DNA of 64,000 bases from a virus (Duplodnaviria > Caudoviricetes), in the IMG/VR virus record IMGVR_UViG_3300022602_000077, positions 7,161 to 71,160 of that record. One strand, 5' to 3'. The notes below the pieces were generated by a model. That model did not search any database and was not told where the DNA came from. It was given only the letters and a program-made list of their open reading frames with translations. The position numbers and the translations under genes were made by a program. Positions 33,750 to 43,221 of this stretch are shown piece after piece (the first letter of the stretch is position 1; the number at the start of each line of letters is the position of its first letter).

Positions 33750-35846
33750 CTAATGTATTTGTTCATCCTGCAATATGGCCTTCAGCATTCTGGCCATTTC
33801 TTCCGCTTTCACTTCTGTATCTGCCGTAGTTCCGTTCACATTTTGGGTAGTAATCTGCTGGCCTATTACCTTACCACCATGCAGAATATTATAGGTAACC
33901 AAATGCTGCCCTGTCACATGATCTTTTGGGGGAGCGATAGTCGATTTGGGGTCTTTGGTTGTGGCGCTTGACGCTCTAACGCCATATTTCGCAAGCATTA
34001 AAGAAAGATTATATTGCCCTTGAAGACCCATATTCCCTAACCCCATACTATTAAGGAGCCCCAAACCTTTTTCTTCTTCTCTTAAATACCCCTCTGCTTT
34101 AGCCAGGTCGATTAATGTCTGATTACCTCTAACATCTAAAAGCCTTCTTACTTCATCTACGAATTTCTGATCTTGCAGCACTTCCGGATGCGTTTGCGCC
34201 AATCTTCGCAGACTTAAATGCTGATCATCGGTATACCCTAACCCAAGAGCACTGGCATCTTCATTTATTACTTTTTTGTCTTTTCCAAAATCTACAAATC
34301 TGTTCCAAAATGAATTCAGGGACTTAACATTTTCCATCGCCCCTTTCTTATCCATTTCTAATTTCTCTGTATCTGTAGCATTTGCATAAGTGCCTTTAAA
34401 AGAAGTATAACTGCTTATTTTTTCCAGAGCGGTAAGCGCTGCACCTACTATCAAAACAGGTATAGCGGCCCCGGCCACAGCACTTAATCCCGCTAATCCG
34501 GCTCCTAGCCCACCGGCATCTGTTGCCGCTACGGCAGCAGAGGCGGTAAGCCCACGGTTATTAATTGGCAAACCAAAAGCCTGAATTGCCTGCCATTCTT
34601 GCGCTTTGAGATATGCAAGCCTTTCGCTCACACTATTTCCAGGTATTAGCCCCGGGTTATGCGCAAGCGTTCCGACTGTAGTATGCGTTCTTAAACGATC
34701 TAACTGATCTAATTCTATTTTAAGCGCAATCTGCCTCTGTAAAGCAAGATTACTTTCGAGGATTGCTTTGTTCTGTAAATCGAGTATGGCTGTTAATCTT
34801 TCTGTCGCTGCGCTATAAGTGTTAGTTCCATAGGTAACTAAACCAAGACTTTTGGCCTGACTTGTGGTTTCATAATTCGTTACGGCTAATACTTTATTAT
34901 ATAAGCCGGTGACTACTGATACAGCCATTTGCGCGACTTTCCAGTTCACATACAAAACAATCAGATCGCCAAGAGTTTTGGTATTGGCGATAATCTCATC
35001 TTCGTTTTGTTTAAGCCAGGCTATTCCTTTTTCTAAATCTTTGAAAAATGAAATCACTTCCGGCTTTACGCGCATTGCAAGCGTGTCCTTAAAATCTATC
35101 CATGCATTACTTAGTTCGTTTGTTTCGGCTACGTATGACTTCAAAGCTTCCGGCAAATTCTTGTCATACATATCCCTCATATCCTGTAAAACTTTCGGGA
35201 TATAACCGTAGGATGATGTATGCGTCATTTGTCCTTTGGCTATCATCACATTCAGTTCCTCCATCGAAACATGCATTTCCTTAGCCAGGTTCATACCAAA
35301 ACCGGGAAGTGTTGCGATGAGCGGGCGCAAATAGCGGGGCTGTAAATTACCTTCTTCCAAAAGCTTGCCTATACCACCAATAGCTGCTTGAACTCTCTCT
35401 GCCGGTAAGTGGAGTATGGTAAGAGTTTCTGCCAGATCGCGGAACATAGCGCGGGTTTTCTGGCCCTCCACAGGAGTACCTTTTACCATTGCCATTAACT
35501 GCGCGTATTCGGTATAAGTTTCCATTATAGGAAGCTTAAAATCCTTTACCGCATCATTAAGGTTTCTTTGGTTTTTTACCGCTTCGTCGGTTGTTGTAGA
35601 GGCAAATTTTATAAGGTTGCGATAGCTTTCAAGTTGCGTGGCTGTATCAACAATATTTTTACCGAAACTTACCAAAGCGGTAAGCCCGAGGCCAACACCC
35701 ACAGCCCCGGCCATTCCATGCAAAGCATTATTTACTCCGAGAATGGATTTCTCTAACGACACAGCCGCAGCCTCATCCGCCTGGAAAGTTCTCCGGAGGT
35801 TGCTGTTTGCCGTTACGGCGTAAACTATATTCTGCCCTGTCGCCAT
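33750..35846 (-). CDS. Tape measure protein
   Basis: Helical repeats, AIGGIGKLLEEGNLQPRYL.PL...PG tape-measure motif; follows the tail chaperone. Confidence 0.85.
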   Translation of the reverse strand: MATGQNIVYAVTANSNLRRTFQADEAAAVSLEKSILGVNNALHGMAGAVGVGLGLTALVSFGKNIVDTATQLESYRNLIKFASTTTDEAVKNQRNLNDAVKDFKLPIMETYTEYAQLMAMVKGTPVEGQKTRAMFRDLAETLTILHLPAERVQAAIGGIGKLLEEGNLQPRYLRPLIATLPGFGMNLAKEMHVSMEELNVMIAKGQMTHTSSYGYIPKVLQDMRDMYDKNLPEALKSYVAETNELSNAWIDFKDTLAMRVKPEVISFFKDLEKGIAWLKQNEDEIIANTKTLGDLIVLYVNWKVAQMAVSVVTGLYNKVLAVTNYETTSQAKSLGLVTYGTNTYSAATERLTAILDLQNKAILESNLALQRQIALKIELDQLDRLRTHTTVGTLAHNPGLIPGNSVSERLAYLKAQEWQAIQAFGLPINNRGLTASAAVAATDAGGLGAGLAGLSAVAGAAIPVLIVGAALTALEKISSYTSFKGTYANATDTEKLEMDKKGAMENVKSLNSFWNRFVDFGKDKKVINEDASALGLGYTDDQHLSLRRLAQTHPEVLQDQKFVDEVRRLLDVRGNQTLIDLAKAEGYLREEEKGLGLLNSMGLGNMGLQGQYNLSLMLAKYGVRASSATTKDPKSTIAPPKDHVTGQHLVTYNILHGGKVIGQQITTQNVNGTTADTEVKAEEMARMLKAILQDEQIH

Positions 35847-36462
35847 TACATTTTTCCTATGTTATAAACCTTATTTGCCTGTGGTGGTTTTTCGCTCAAT
35901 ACACCTGTATATAAAGCCCCCCGCCTTGCCATTGCCATCAGCCTTGCCGCCCGGTCATTATCCATTTCGGTAACATCCTGCCCACTAACGTAAAAGACCA
36001 GGGAAGCTAATTCGCCCCACTGGTCATTAAAGTAATCGTTCCAATATGCGAAACGTTCGGTTATTTTTTTTTACCTGTTGGTATTGCTACCTCTATGGTT
36101 GAAAGCAATACCAGGGCAGCGCCGTTCATGTACTTACGCTGGCTGCAACGATTATCACTCTCATCAAAAAGTATCAGGCTTTCAAGAGCCTGTATCGCTT
36201 TCGGAAAACTTGTCTCTGCCCCGTTAAGTTTAGCCGCCATTAACTTGGCATCTGTCAGGCCATCTACTTCATAGAAAAAGCCGGTAACAAAATCGTTTTC
36301 GTTTTCTCCCTGAAGAACGAAAGGAATTACCTTGCGTTTTGGGTTTCCGTTTTCCGATAAAAATGCCGCTTTGGCTTCTGCATTTTCCCAGGCTAAATCA
36401 ACCGGCTCTTTTACCGGCTCTTTTACCGGTATTGTTTCTTCTGTAATTGTTTCAGGTTCCAT
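35846..36462 (-). CDS. Tail assembly chaperone, long (GT-like) form via -1 frameshift at about 36064-36072
   Basis: After GGT AAA AAA AAA the -1 frame is open for about 70 codons (ITERFAYWNDYF...YNIGKM*) and ends in TAATG overlapping the TMP start. Confidence 0.75.
36061..36462 (-). CDS. Tail assembly chaperone, short (G-like) form
   Basis: Between tube and TMP; ends PTGKKK*; ATG 36462 (MEPETITEE) preferred. Confidence 0.8.
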   Translation of the reverse strand: MEPETITEETIPVKEPVKEPVDLAWENAEAKAAFLSENGNPKRKVIPFVLQGENENDFVTGFFYEVDGLTDAKLMAAKLNGAETSFPKAIQALESLILFDESDNRCSQRKYMNGAALVLLSTIEVAIPTGKKK

Positions 36463-36494
36463 ATAGGGTAAATAAACTTTAGAATTATAAATGA

Positions 36495-36923
36495 TTATCT
36501 CATCTGTCCTGCATAGATAATATCTACGCTCTGCCAAAAGCCGGTATCGCCTTCCTTATAGGTATTGCCATCGGTCAAAAACTGACAATTCTGCATTACA
36601 TCTGTGGTCGGCAAATTCGGGTTATTGGGGTCGGGCACAAAAGGTAACCGTACCTGGAAACGGGCCAATAAAGTTGGGTCGCCGTTTGGCGATGCCAGTA
36701 TAATCCTTTTCCAATCGTCCAGAAGAATATCAATAGTGGCCGTTTTGTATTTTACAGCCCCGACTACGCGGCCTATAGGCTCAGAACCTACGCCATGCAC
36801 ATCCTTATATTCCCTGGTCTTACCAAACATGATGCTCTTGACCCCTACAAAGGGAACACCCGCGATAAGAACCTCTATCTGCGGCCAGCTATAAAGTACG
36901 CCTAATTGAAGTGGTGCTGCCAT
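36495..36923 (-). CDS. Tail tube protein
   Basis: YSWxxIEVLIAG..VGVKSI...G.GSEPIGR..G..KY; directly after the sheath. Confidence 0.85.
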   Translation of the reverse strand: MAAPLQLGVLYSWPQIEVLIAGVPFVGVKSIMFGKTREYKDVHGVGSEPIGRVVGAVKYKTATIDILLDDWKRIILASPNGDPTLLARFQVRLPFVPDPNNPNLPTTDVMQNCQFLTDGNTYKEGDTGFWQSVDIIYAGQMR

Positions 36924-36947
36924 TTTATTTATCTTTTATCCCATACC

Positions 36948-36980
36948 TCCCTCTCTTTTGGAGAGGGCCGGGGTGAGGCC
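36948..36980. repeat. REP-like palindromic hairpin
   Basis: CCTCCCTCTCTTTTGGAGAGGGCCGGGGTGAGG between sheath and tube. Confidence 0.5.
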
Positions 36981-38585
36981 CTATAATTTTTGTGTGAATT
37001 GAAGCGTAACGTTTATGTTATCAGCTATATTCACCTGCAATAAGTCGTATGTTATGGCTATATAGCCCTGTGTTTTAACATTCTGTGTAGCGCTGATGTT
37101 TACCACGCCGGTTGTCAGACCTGTACCTGTCAGGTTGCCTGGGCTCAGATCGCCATCGTTTACCATCTGCACTATTCCGGGTTCAGCAGCATCTATATAT
37201 TTTTCAATAGTAGTCTGCGTCATTGTCCCGTCACTGTTCAGATAAATGCGTGATTTCAGAAGCGGTAGCAGGGCTATGTATTGTTCCCTCAGCACCTTAT
37301 CTATCGTCCTCACACTGCAAAGCCTGTTGTATGCATTTGTCTGAATAATGGCCGTCCAATCGTTATTTACAAAGGTTCCGGGGAAACCGGAATAGGTTAC
37401 ACAGAACAGATAACGGTAACTGTCCAGTTGATCAAGCAGTCCCGGAGAAGTTGTATTCAGAGTGCTGAAAATATTACCATTGGTAAAACCAGGTATGTTA
37501 TTCTCGGTTCCGTCACTTATGTTGAAAGCCCCTACCTCTCCAATATCCTGGCTCACGGCAGCTATTGCCGCTGTCCCGAGAATATCACCCAGGTTACTTA
37601 CTGATACGCCGCTGTTTATATACAGTTGCGCACCTTCTGCGCCTCCGTCCTGGCTTATCACAGGTAAGCAGTTTTGGGCGTTGCCCACACTCTGCAAGTT
37701 CTGTAAGGTCGCAAGATTGGAAACGCCTGCTATGTTTGGAACATACAGCATTTCGCAAGGCTGGTAAGCCGCAAACATCAAAGCATATTGTGTCTGCAAG
37801 CTATTCAGGTCAGTGGTTACCTGAACTGCCGATTTGGCGACAAAATTCAATATACCCATCTGCCTTGGTTCCCCGCTGGCGTTAACAGTAAGGTTGTATA
37901 CCTCAGTGAAACTTCCACTTGGCGCGGCAGTAAACTGCACCCACACCTTACCATTCGGGTTTTTAGCGAAATACCTTTTTATGGTATAGTGCCATAAAGC
38001 TTTTGCACTGTATACCCCGCCGCTGAAAGCGGTAATAGTGCCCACTGTGATCGCACCGGTAACGGTAGCCACAGGCGAAGTGCCATTCAGATTTATCCCA
38101 AGTCCTGTACGGGCTATCAGATTGATTGTGCCTGATGCAGGTGAGGCTGGTGCTGCGGTATACCCCACTCCGCCTACCGCGTCGGAAGGATTAGTGAGAT
38201 AGCTGTTTGCATTTATGGCGGCTATGATGCTTGTGGCAAGAATAGTCGCTGTTGTGTCAGATGATAACTGCGTGTAGGTACAAAGGGTAACGGTGGTAGT
38301 CGCTCCCAGGGGATTTTTTTCTGTTACGGTTATAACTATCTTATCTCCTATGGCTCCTACTCCGGTTATGATTAAAGACCCGGCAGCTTTCGTTTCGTCT
38401 GAAAAATCCTTTGTAATACCTTTCGTTTCAGCATCAGCCACGCCAAATACTGCCTGGCAGGCTGTCGTAGCAAAAGAACCCGGCGCAGTGCCATAGAATT
38501 GCAAAGCGGAAATACCGTCGTTATTTTCAATAACGCCCGGTGAATTTCCTTGCCCTAATGTGAAAGTTATTTTACTACGTGCCAT
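36981..38585 (-). CDS. Tail sheath protein (DUF2586-like)
   Basis: W.TI.RYF..NP.G..WV, DIGEVGAFNI, LD.L..YRY.F..TY.G..G.F.NND.T, RTIDKV.R..Y. Confidence 0.85.
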   Translation of the reverse strand: MARSKITFTLGQGNSPGVIENNDGISALQFYGTAPGSFATTACQAVFGVADAETKGITKDFSDETKAAGSLIITGVGAIGDKIVITVTEKNPLGATTTVTLCTYTQLSSDTTATILATSIIAAINANSYLTNPSDAVGGVGYTAAPASPASGTINLIARTGLGINLNGTSPVATVTGAITVGTITAFSGGVYSAKALWHYTIKRYFAKNPNGKVWVQFTAAPSGSFTEVYNLTVNASGEPRQMGILNFVAKSAVQVTTDLNSLQTQYALMFAAYQPCEMLYVPNIAGVSNLATLQNLQSVGNAQNCLPVISQDGGAEGAQLYINSGVSVSNLGDILGTAAIAAVSQDIGEVGAFNISDGTENNIPGFTNGNIFSTLNTTSPGLLDQLDSYRYLFCVTYSGFPGTFVNNDWTAIIQTNAYNRLCSVRTIDKVLREQYIALLPLLKSRIYLNSDGTMTQTTIEKYIDAAEPGIVQMVNDGDLSPGNLTGTGLTTGVVNISATQNVKTQGYIAITYDLLQVNIADNINVTLQFTQKL

Positions 38586-38590
38586 TGTTA

Positions 38591-39046
38591 TTAGTTATGT
38601 GCTATTAACTTTTTCTTTTTGTCCTTCGCCTTCTGTACTGCTGCCTGGCCGAGGTTCAGTTTCGATTCATCTATCCTCAGCATTTCATCCTTGGCGGCTT
38701 CCAGTTCAGCGGTGTATTTTTTGATTGCTTCGGCCTTTGTAAGCGTCTTAACAATCTTCAACGATTCATCCGGCAGATCAACATATTTTGCCGTAACCTT
38801 ACCGTCGTCATTACGCGCAGCTATTTCGCTGGGGTGCGGGTCTGGTGTTCCTTCTTCTACCCTTTCCAGGCCCAGGCGAACGTAATTTTTGCCCCGGTAG
38901 GTATTGGCGATCAGAAAGTATTCATCGCGGTTATTGAAATAAAGAACTTTGATATGCTCCATACTTGGATGTTCCAGGCTTTCCAGCACATCTTCCAGAT
39001 GGTCAATTTTTTCCTGTAGTTTTTCTTCTCTTGTTTTACGTGGCAT
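38591..39046 (-). CDS. Hypothetical head/tail connector-region protein
   Basis: 151-aa charged ORF between the decoration proteins and the sheath. Confidence 0.6.
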   Translation of the reverse strand: MPRKTREEKLQEKIDHLEDVLESLEHPSMEHIKVLYFNNRDEYFLIANTYRGKNYVRLGLERVEEGTPDPHPSEIAARNDDGKVTAKYVDLPDESLKIVKTLTKAEAIKKYTAELEAAKDEMLRIDESKLNLGQAAVQKAKDKKKKLIAHN

Positions 39047-39078
39047 AGGATAGGGATTTATAGGGGCTTATTAAAAAA

Positions 39079-39489
39079 TTATACTGTTATAGTCCGGTAA
39101 TCCTCTACGAGATTAGTACCGTCATATGTAAAATGTATTGAGCCGAATTTAGCTTCCGTAACGGTAAGCGTCCCGGATGAAACCATGGAAGTACCAAAGG
39201 TCACTACCAGATTTGCGGATGAGTTTGCGGCAAAATTGAAATGAACTCTGTCGCCTATCAGCATACTTGTAGTGGTCACGTTAATGGTCATAGTCGAGGT
39301 TCCTACCGGCGAAGAAACCGGGATAGGATTGCTTGAATACCCCAAATAATATTTGGCATCCTCATGTATAGGTGTAATGGCAATAGTAGACGCTGACGTG
39401 GCCACAGCCGGATACCCGGTGAACATAGTTACAACCAGGCCGCTTGCCCTTCCCGTTAACGTATCGCTTCTTACTACTGTAGTTGACAT
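39079..39489 (-). CDS. Putative head decoration protein (paralogue B)
   Basis: C-terminus GD...F...VTF.T...GT..VT..KF....F..G....E..R.ITV shared with 39528..39941. Confidence 0.55.
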   Translation of the reverse strand: MSTTVVRSDTLTGRASGLVVTMFTGYPAVATSASTIAITPIHEDAKYYLGYSSNPIPVSSPVGTSTMTINVTTTSMLIGDRVHFNFAANSSANLVVTFGTSMVSSGTLTVTEAKFGSIHFTYDGTNLVEDYRTITV

Positions 39490-39527
39490 AATGAATGATT
39501 TAAATATTTAGATCTGTTTCCGGAGAA

Positions 39528-39941
39528 TTATACCGTAATCGAACGGGCTGTTTCCTGCCAGGATGCTCCGTTGAACATAAAGTCTACGGTAGCAAATTTG
39601 CTGCCGGTTACTACTATGGTCGAAGCGGTTACGGCAAAACCAGTGCTGAACGTTACTGTCCTGTTGGTGCTGTCCGGAGTGAAAGAAAGCCGAAGGGTAT
39701 CGCCTACATATGGGCCGGTAGTCGAAGTGCCTACTCCTATAGTAAGGCTTAAAGCCCCTGTAAGGTTTATGGCAATATTCGTTATGCCGCATGTGGTAAG
39801 CAATGCAAAAGAAGCCGGAGAACCTGCCGCTGTGGTAAGGGCCTGGTAATCCCAGGTCTGGTTCATCCCTGTATTATCATCATTGTTATAGCCGCTCGGA
39901 AAACCACCCGTTGCGCCGCCTAACCTCTGAATTGTTGCCAT
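39528..39941 (-). CDS. Putative head decoration protein (paralogue A)
   Basis: Follows the major capsid gene; beta-rich, paralogous to the next ORF. Confidence 0.55.
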   Translation of the reverse strand: MATIQRLGGATGGFPSGYNNDDNTGMNQTWDYQALTTAAGSPASFALLTTCGITNIAINLTGALSLTIGVGTSTTGPYVGDTLRLSFTPDSTNRTVTFSTGFAVTASTIVVTGSKFATVDFMFNGASWQETARSITV

Positions 39942-39998
39942 GATATTTTATTAAAAAAGTTGAAAATGTTTTGTTCTTAATGCGCCTCTGATCGTGAA

Positions 39999-41000
39999 TT
40001 ACGCAGTCAGCGTGGTTGAAATCACTATTTCAGTTCCCCAGCCTGTCTGTGTATCTGCCTTCATCAGGATTTTCAAAAACCACAGATCGCCCCAGTTTGT
40101 TTTCAGGCCCATCTTCACATTGGTTTCATCAGTTGCACTGTTCAGGCCCAGCCAGAAATGGCCTTCCGGAGATGGTTCGCTGATAGTAGCGATGATGGTA
40201 TTATCAGGCATACCGGCAAGGTGAACCACCTCATAGCCTTTATACCTCATGATACCTTTCTCGGTAAGGTCAGTGCTTTTGAAAGTAAGCTGTGCCTGTG
40301 CTTCTTCATAAATCTTCTGAGTGTTCAGAGAGATGTGGAAACGCACACCGTCCATGCCGTATTTATTCAACAAAGGCAGTGGGATAGCGTTAAGCACATT
40401 ATAGAACTGGCCGATGATGTTATTCACAGTCAGCACCAGAGCGCCAGCCACCTGGATAGTGGTATTGTCGTTCAGGATTTTTGTGATCAGGCCGTCAAAC
40501 TTGTTGAAGATCGCATCGCCTGCTGCCTGCCCCTTGCTTGTAGGGTTTACATTACCATGAGCCGGATGGAATACTATACGGCTGCGCCAGATGGCCTGTT
40601 CGTTATATTCCACTTCCCTTTTCAGGGTATACATGATCACATAGCTGTTTGTTGTCTCAGGCAACGAACGGTCTATGAGGTCTTTGTTCAGGTTAAGGGC
40701 CTGCCAGTTTACGGTTAAGTCATTGGGGTTGAAGTCGATGAAAATTTCATAATCCCTCGGTATGATCTGTTTACCGGTGATGATGATATTTCCCTGCGAG
40801 GTCGGCATCGCACTCCTGTCCTGGATAATGTTGGTAATATCCATGAAAGGGATTGTGAATTGCTTCTTGATGTCGTCCTTGATCATCAGGCAACCATTTT
40901 TCACTGTGTCCAGTTGCAACGTCTGCTGCGTTACATACATGGAGAGATCGGTTTCACCCGCATATGTGGTATCTATTACCTGCAATCCTTCGAGAGCCAT
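39999..41000 (-). CDS. Major capsid protein
   Basis: 333 aa immediately after the protease/scaffold; DTTYAGE N-terminus, FDGLITK, KILMKADTQ.G.G.EIV C-terminus. Confidence 0.8.
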   Translation of the reverse strand: MALEGLQVIDTTYAGETDLSMYVTQQTLQLDTVKNGCLMIKDDIKKQFTIPFMDITNIIQDRSAMPTSQGNIIITGKQIIPRDYEIFIDFNPNDLTVNWQALNLNKDLIDRSLPETTNSYVIMYTLKREVEYNEQAIWRSRIVFHPAHGNVNPTSKGQAAGDAIFNKFDGLITKILNDNTTIQVAGALVLTVNNIIGQFYNVLNAIPLPLLNKYGMDGVRFHISLNTQKIYEEAQAQLTFKSTDLTEKGIMRYKGYEVVHLAGMPDNTIIATISEPSPEGHFWLGLNSATDETNVKMGLKTNWGDLWFLKILMKADTQTGWGTEIVISTTLTA

Positions 41001-41056
41001 AGTGTTTTATTTAAAGAGTTTATAGTCGTTTTTCAGTTTGGGTTTTTCTTTACCCC

Positions 41057-42394
41057 TTATTTCCTTGAAGCAAGATTGGCTTTACGTTTGTCGTTCATTT
41101 TCGCCATAACGTCAGCCATATTTTCAGCAGGTTTATCACCGGCAGCAGCCTTGTTCACTATTTCATGAACCTTGGTGCCCTGGCGGAAAAGTGGCAGTTT
41201 GTCAAGCATGTTCTTAACCTTGTCCAGGCCAAGTGTTTTAGCGGTATCCACCCATTCACTCAAAACGGTTTCATCAGTGCCCAGCTTGTTCTTATAGCTG
41301 TTCACCATGTTTTTACAGTTGTTTTCGAGTTCTTTTTCTTTGGCGGCTTCGCCTTCTTTTTTGGCGTTTTCTTCCTGCTCCACCTTTTCCTTTTTCAGGT
41401 TGGCGTTTTCTTCTTCCAGCTTGTTACACTTGTCTTTCCACTCGTCGCGCTCCTTCTTCACATCGTCATAGTCGTTGCGTCCTTCGGCGAGTTCTTTGGC
41501 AGAATCCCGCTCTTTCTTCACATCTTCCATTTCGTTCTTGATCTTGGTCAGATCATTGGTAACAGAAGTGAGTTTTTCAGTGGTTGTTCCCAACTCGTTT
41601 TTCATTTTGCTGATGCTCTTGGCAATCGCCTTGGCGTTGCTGTCTTCATTCAGATCAAGTTCGTTGGTAACTAATGCGATGTTTTCCATCTTCTTTTTTT
41701 TAATGATTTGAACACTGTTTAAATAATGTTTTCCTGCTGCCCATTTATCGCTCATTCCCGCAAGTGCAAAAGCGTTTTCACCACTTGGCACTATCTCATC
41801 GCACAGGCCCATTTCAAGGCATTCTTCTGCGGTGAGAAAAGTTGTCCGGGCCATCAGGGTAAGCGTTTCGTCCATTGTCAGTTTCGGTTTCCCGTTCCTG
41901 CCGCTGCCTTCACTTATCAGTTTCGCAACCGATAAGGTCATAGCATCAGTGGCCTCATCCTTCTTGCCGCTTTCCCCTTTAGGGTCGTGGCACATGAATG
42001 TTGAATAGTCCATCATCCTGACCCTCCTGCCGGATAGCTGTAACCAGCCTCCCACGCTTGCCGCCATTCCGATGTTCAGCGTATCCACTTCCAGAGGGCC
42101 TTCTTTCATGGTGGTGGCCATGTTATAGCCTTCCATCATTTTACCTCCGGGGGTGTTTACCCAAACTTCAACTTCTGTAACCCCGTTTTTCGATAAACCA
42201 AAGAGCTCATTTAAAAACTGCCCGCCCATGATTCCAGGCCCATCTTCCTCGTCGAAACCTATATGTGTATCTACTACGAGGATGGGTTTTTTTGCATCAG
42301 GATTTTTGCAGTAAATAAATTCCACACCTAAAATTGAATTGATATAGATCGGTAGAGGGATTAGTACCGCACCTTTTTCGTTTTGGCCGGGCAT
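41057..42394 (-). CDS. ClpP-like prohead protease fused to a coiled-coil scaffold
   Basis: VWVNTPGG, GMAASVG (catalytic S), FMCHDP, M...TFLTAEEC..MGLCDEI; acidic/basic coiled-coil C-terminus. True start is possibly GTG 42325. Confidence 0.88.
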   Translation of the reverse strand: MPGQNEKGAVLIPLPIYINSILGVEFIYCKNPDAKKPILVVDTHIGFDEEDGPGIMGGQFLNELFGLSKNGVTEVEVWVNTPGGKMMEGYNMATTMKEGPLEVDTLNIGMAASVGGWLQLSGRRVRMMDYSTFMCHDPKGESGKKDEATDAMTLSVAKLISEGSGRNGKPKLTMDETLTLMARTTFLTAEECLEMGLCDEIVPSGENAFALAGMSDKWAAGKHYLNSVQIIKKKKMENIALVTNELDLNEDSNAKAIAKSISKMKNELGTTTEKLTSVTNDLTKIKNEMEDVKKERDSAKELAEGRNDYDDVKKERDEWKDKCNKLEEENANLKKEKVEQEENAKKEGEAAKEKELENNCKNMVNSYKNKLGTDETVLSEWVDTAKTLGLDKVKNMLDKLPLFRQGTKVHEIVNKAAAGDKPAENMADVMAKMNDKRKANLASRK

Positions 42395-42453
42395 AAAGAA
42401 GGCCGCAGGATAGAAACCCCGCAGCCATACCCTATTATTATCACCTAAAAGTT

Positions 42454-42639
42454 TTATTGTTGTTTTCTATGTTCTGATGGCAACTCCCCAATGTTGCGCA
42501 AATAAGCCCTTGCAGCATCCGTAATAAACGAACTCTCTGTCATTCCTTCATGCCGGTTCACATAGCTTTTTATCTTGTCGGCAATCGGTTTGGGGGGATA
42601 GCCTATTATTTGTCTTTCTTTTCTTTCCTGGGGCTTCAT
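42454..42639 (-). CDS. Arc/RHH-like small DNA-binding protein
   Basis: IIGYPP..IADKIKSYV.....TESSFITDAARAYL. Confidence 0.65.
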   Translation of the reverse strand: MKPQERKERQIIGYPPKPIADKIKSYVNRHEGMTESSFITDAARAYLRNIGELPSEHRKQQ

Positions 42640-42649
42640 TTGTTAATAT

Positions 42650-42681
42650 TTTGGTTTTCCGGATAGGTTGTAATACATTTG
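42650..42681 (+). promoter_or_regulatory. Canonical Bacteroidota promoter for the lipoprotein moron
   Basis: TTTG 42650-53, N20, TACATTTG 42674-81. Confidence 0.65.
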
Positions 42682-42708
42682 TATTTCACTTTCAAACAAA
42701 TCTTTTAT

Positions 42709-43221
42709 ATGAAAAAACTTATCGTCATTCTCGCGTTTCCGATCTTCTTTATCGTTGGTTGCACTAAAAATATCACTCAGGTTTACCCTTCTACTACCAA
42801 CATTCTCAAAGACAGTTTGGTTGTTCGGGATACTGTAATCATAAAAGATACCACCAAACAAACCTCCACAACTTCCATACCCCCCATCCCTTCTAATATT
42901 GTTTCTTTGCCAGGCAACGCCAACGACTCAATTTCTTTTAATCAGAGCAAGAATGTTCTTTACATTTTGGCCCCGTCTAACAAAACCGGTAGAATCCTTC
43001 TTTGGTTGAACTGCGCAAACGCTGTTGTCGGCACTACCGTTAACATCTATGTTTTTTCCTCTCTCGGCACACTTCCTTCGCTTTGGGTTAATGGTTATGG
43101 TCAATGTTTCTCTCTTAACTCTCCCAATAACCCCAACGCTTTAGAATGGTATTATCAGGTAACTTTTATGGGTAATTTCAATGGCGAAAACATATTCAAT
43201 TATTCTGTTTTCACCAATTAG
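42709..43221 (+). CDS. Lipoprotein moron on the opposite strand
   Basis: MKKLIVILAFPIFFIVG|C lipobox; has its own promoter. Confidence 0.75.
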   Translation: MKKLIVILAFPIFFIVGCTKNITQVYPSTTNILKDSLVVRDTVIIKDTTKQTSTTSIPPIPSNIVSLPGNANDSISFNQSKNVLYILAPSNKTGRILLWLNCANAVVGTTVNIYVFSSLGTLPSLWVNGYGQCFSLNSPNNPNALEWYYQVTFMGNFNGENIFNYSVFTN

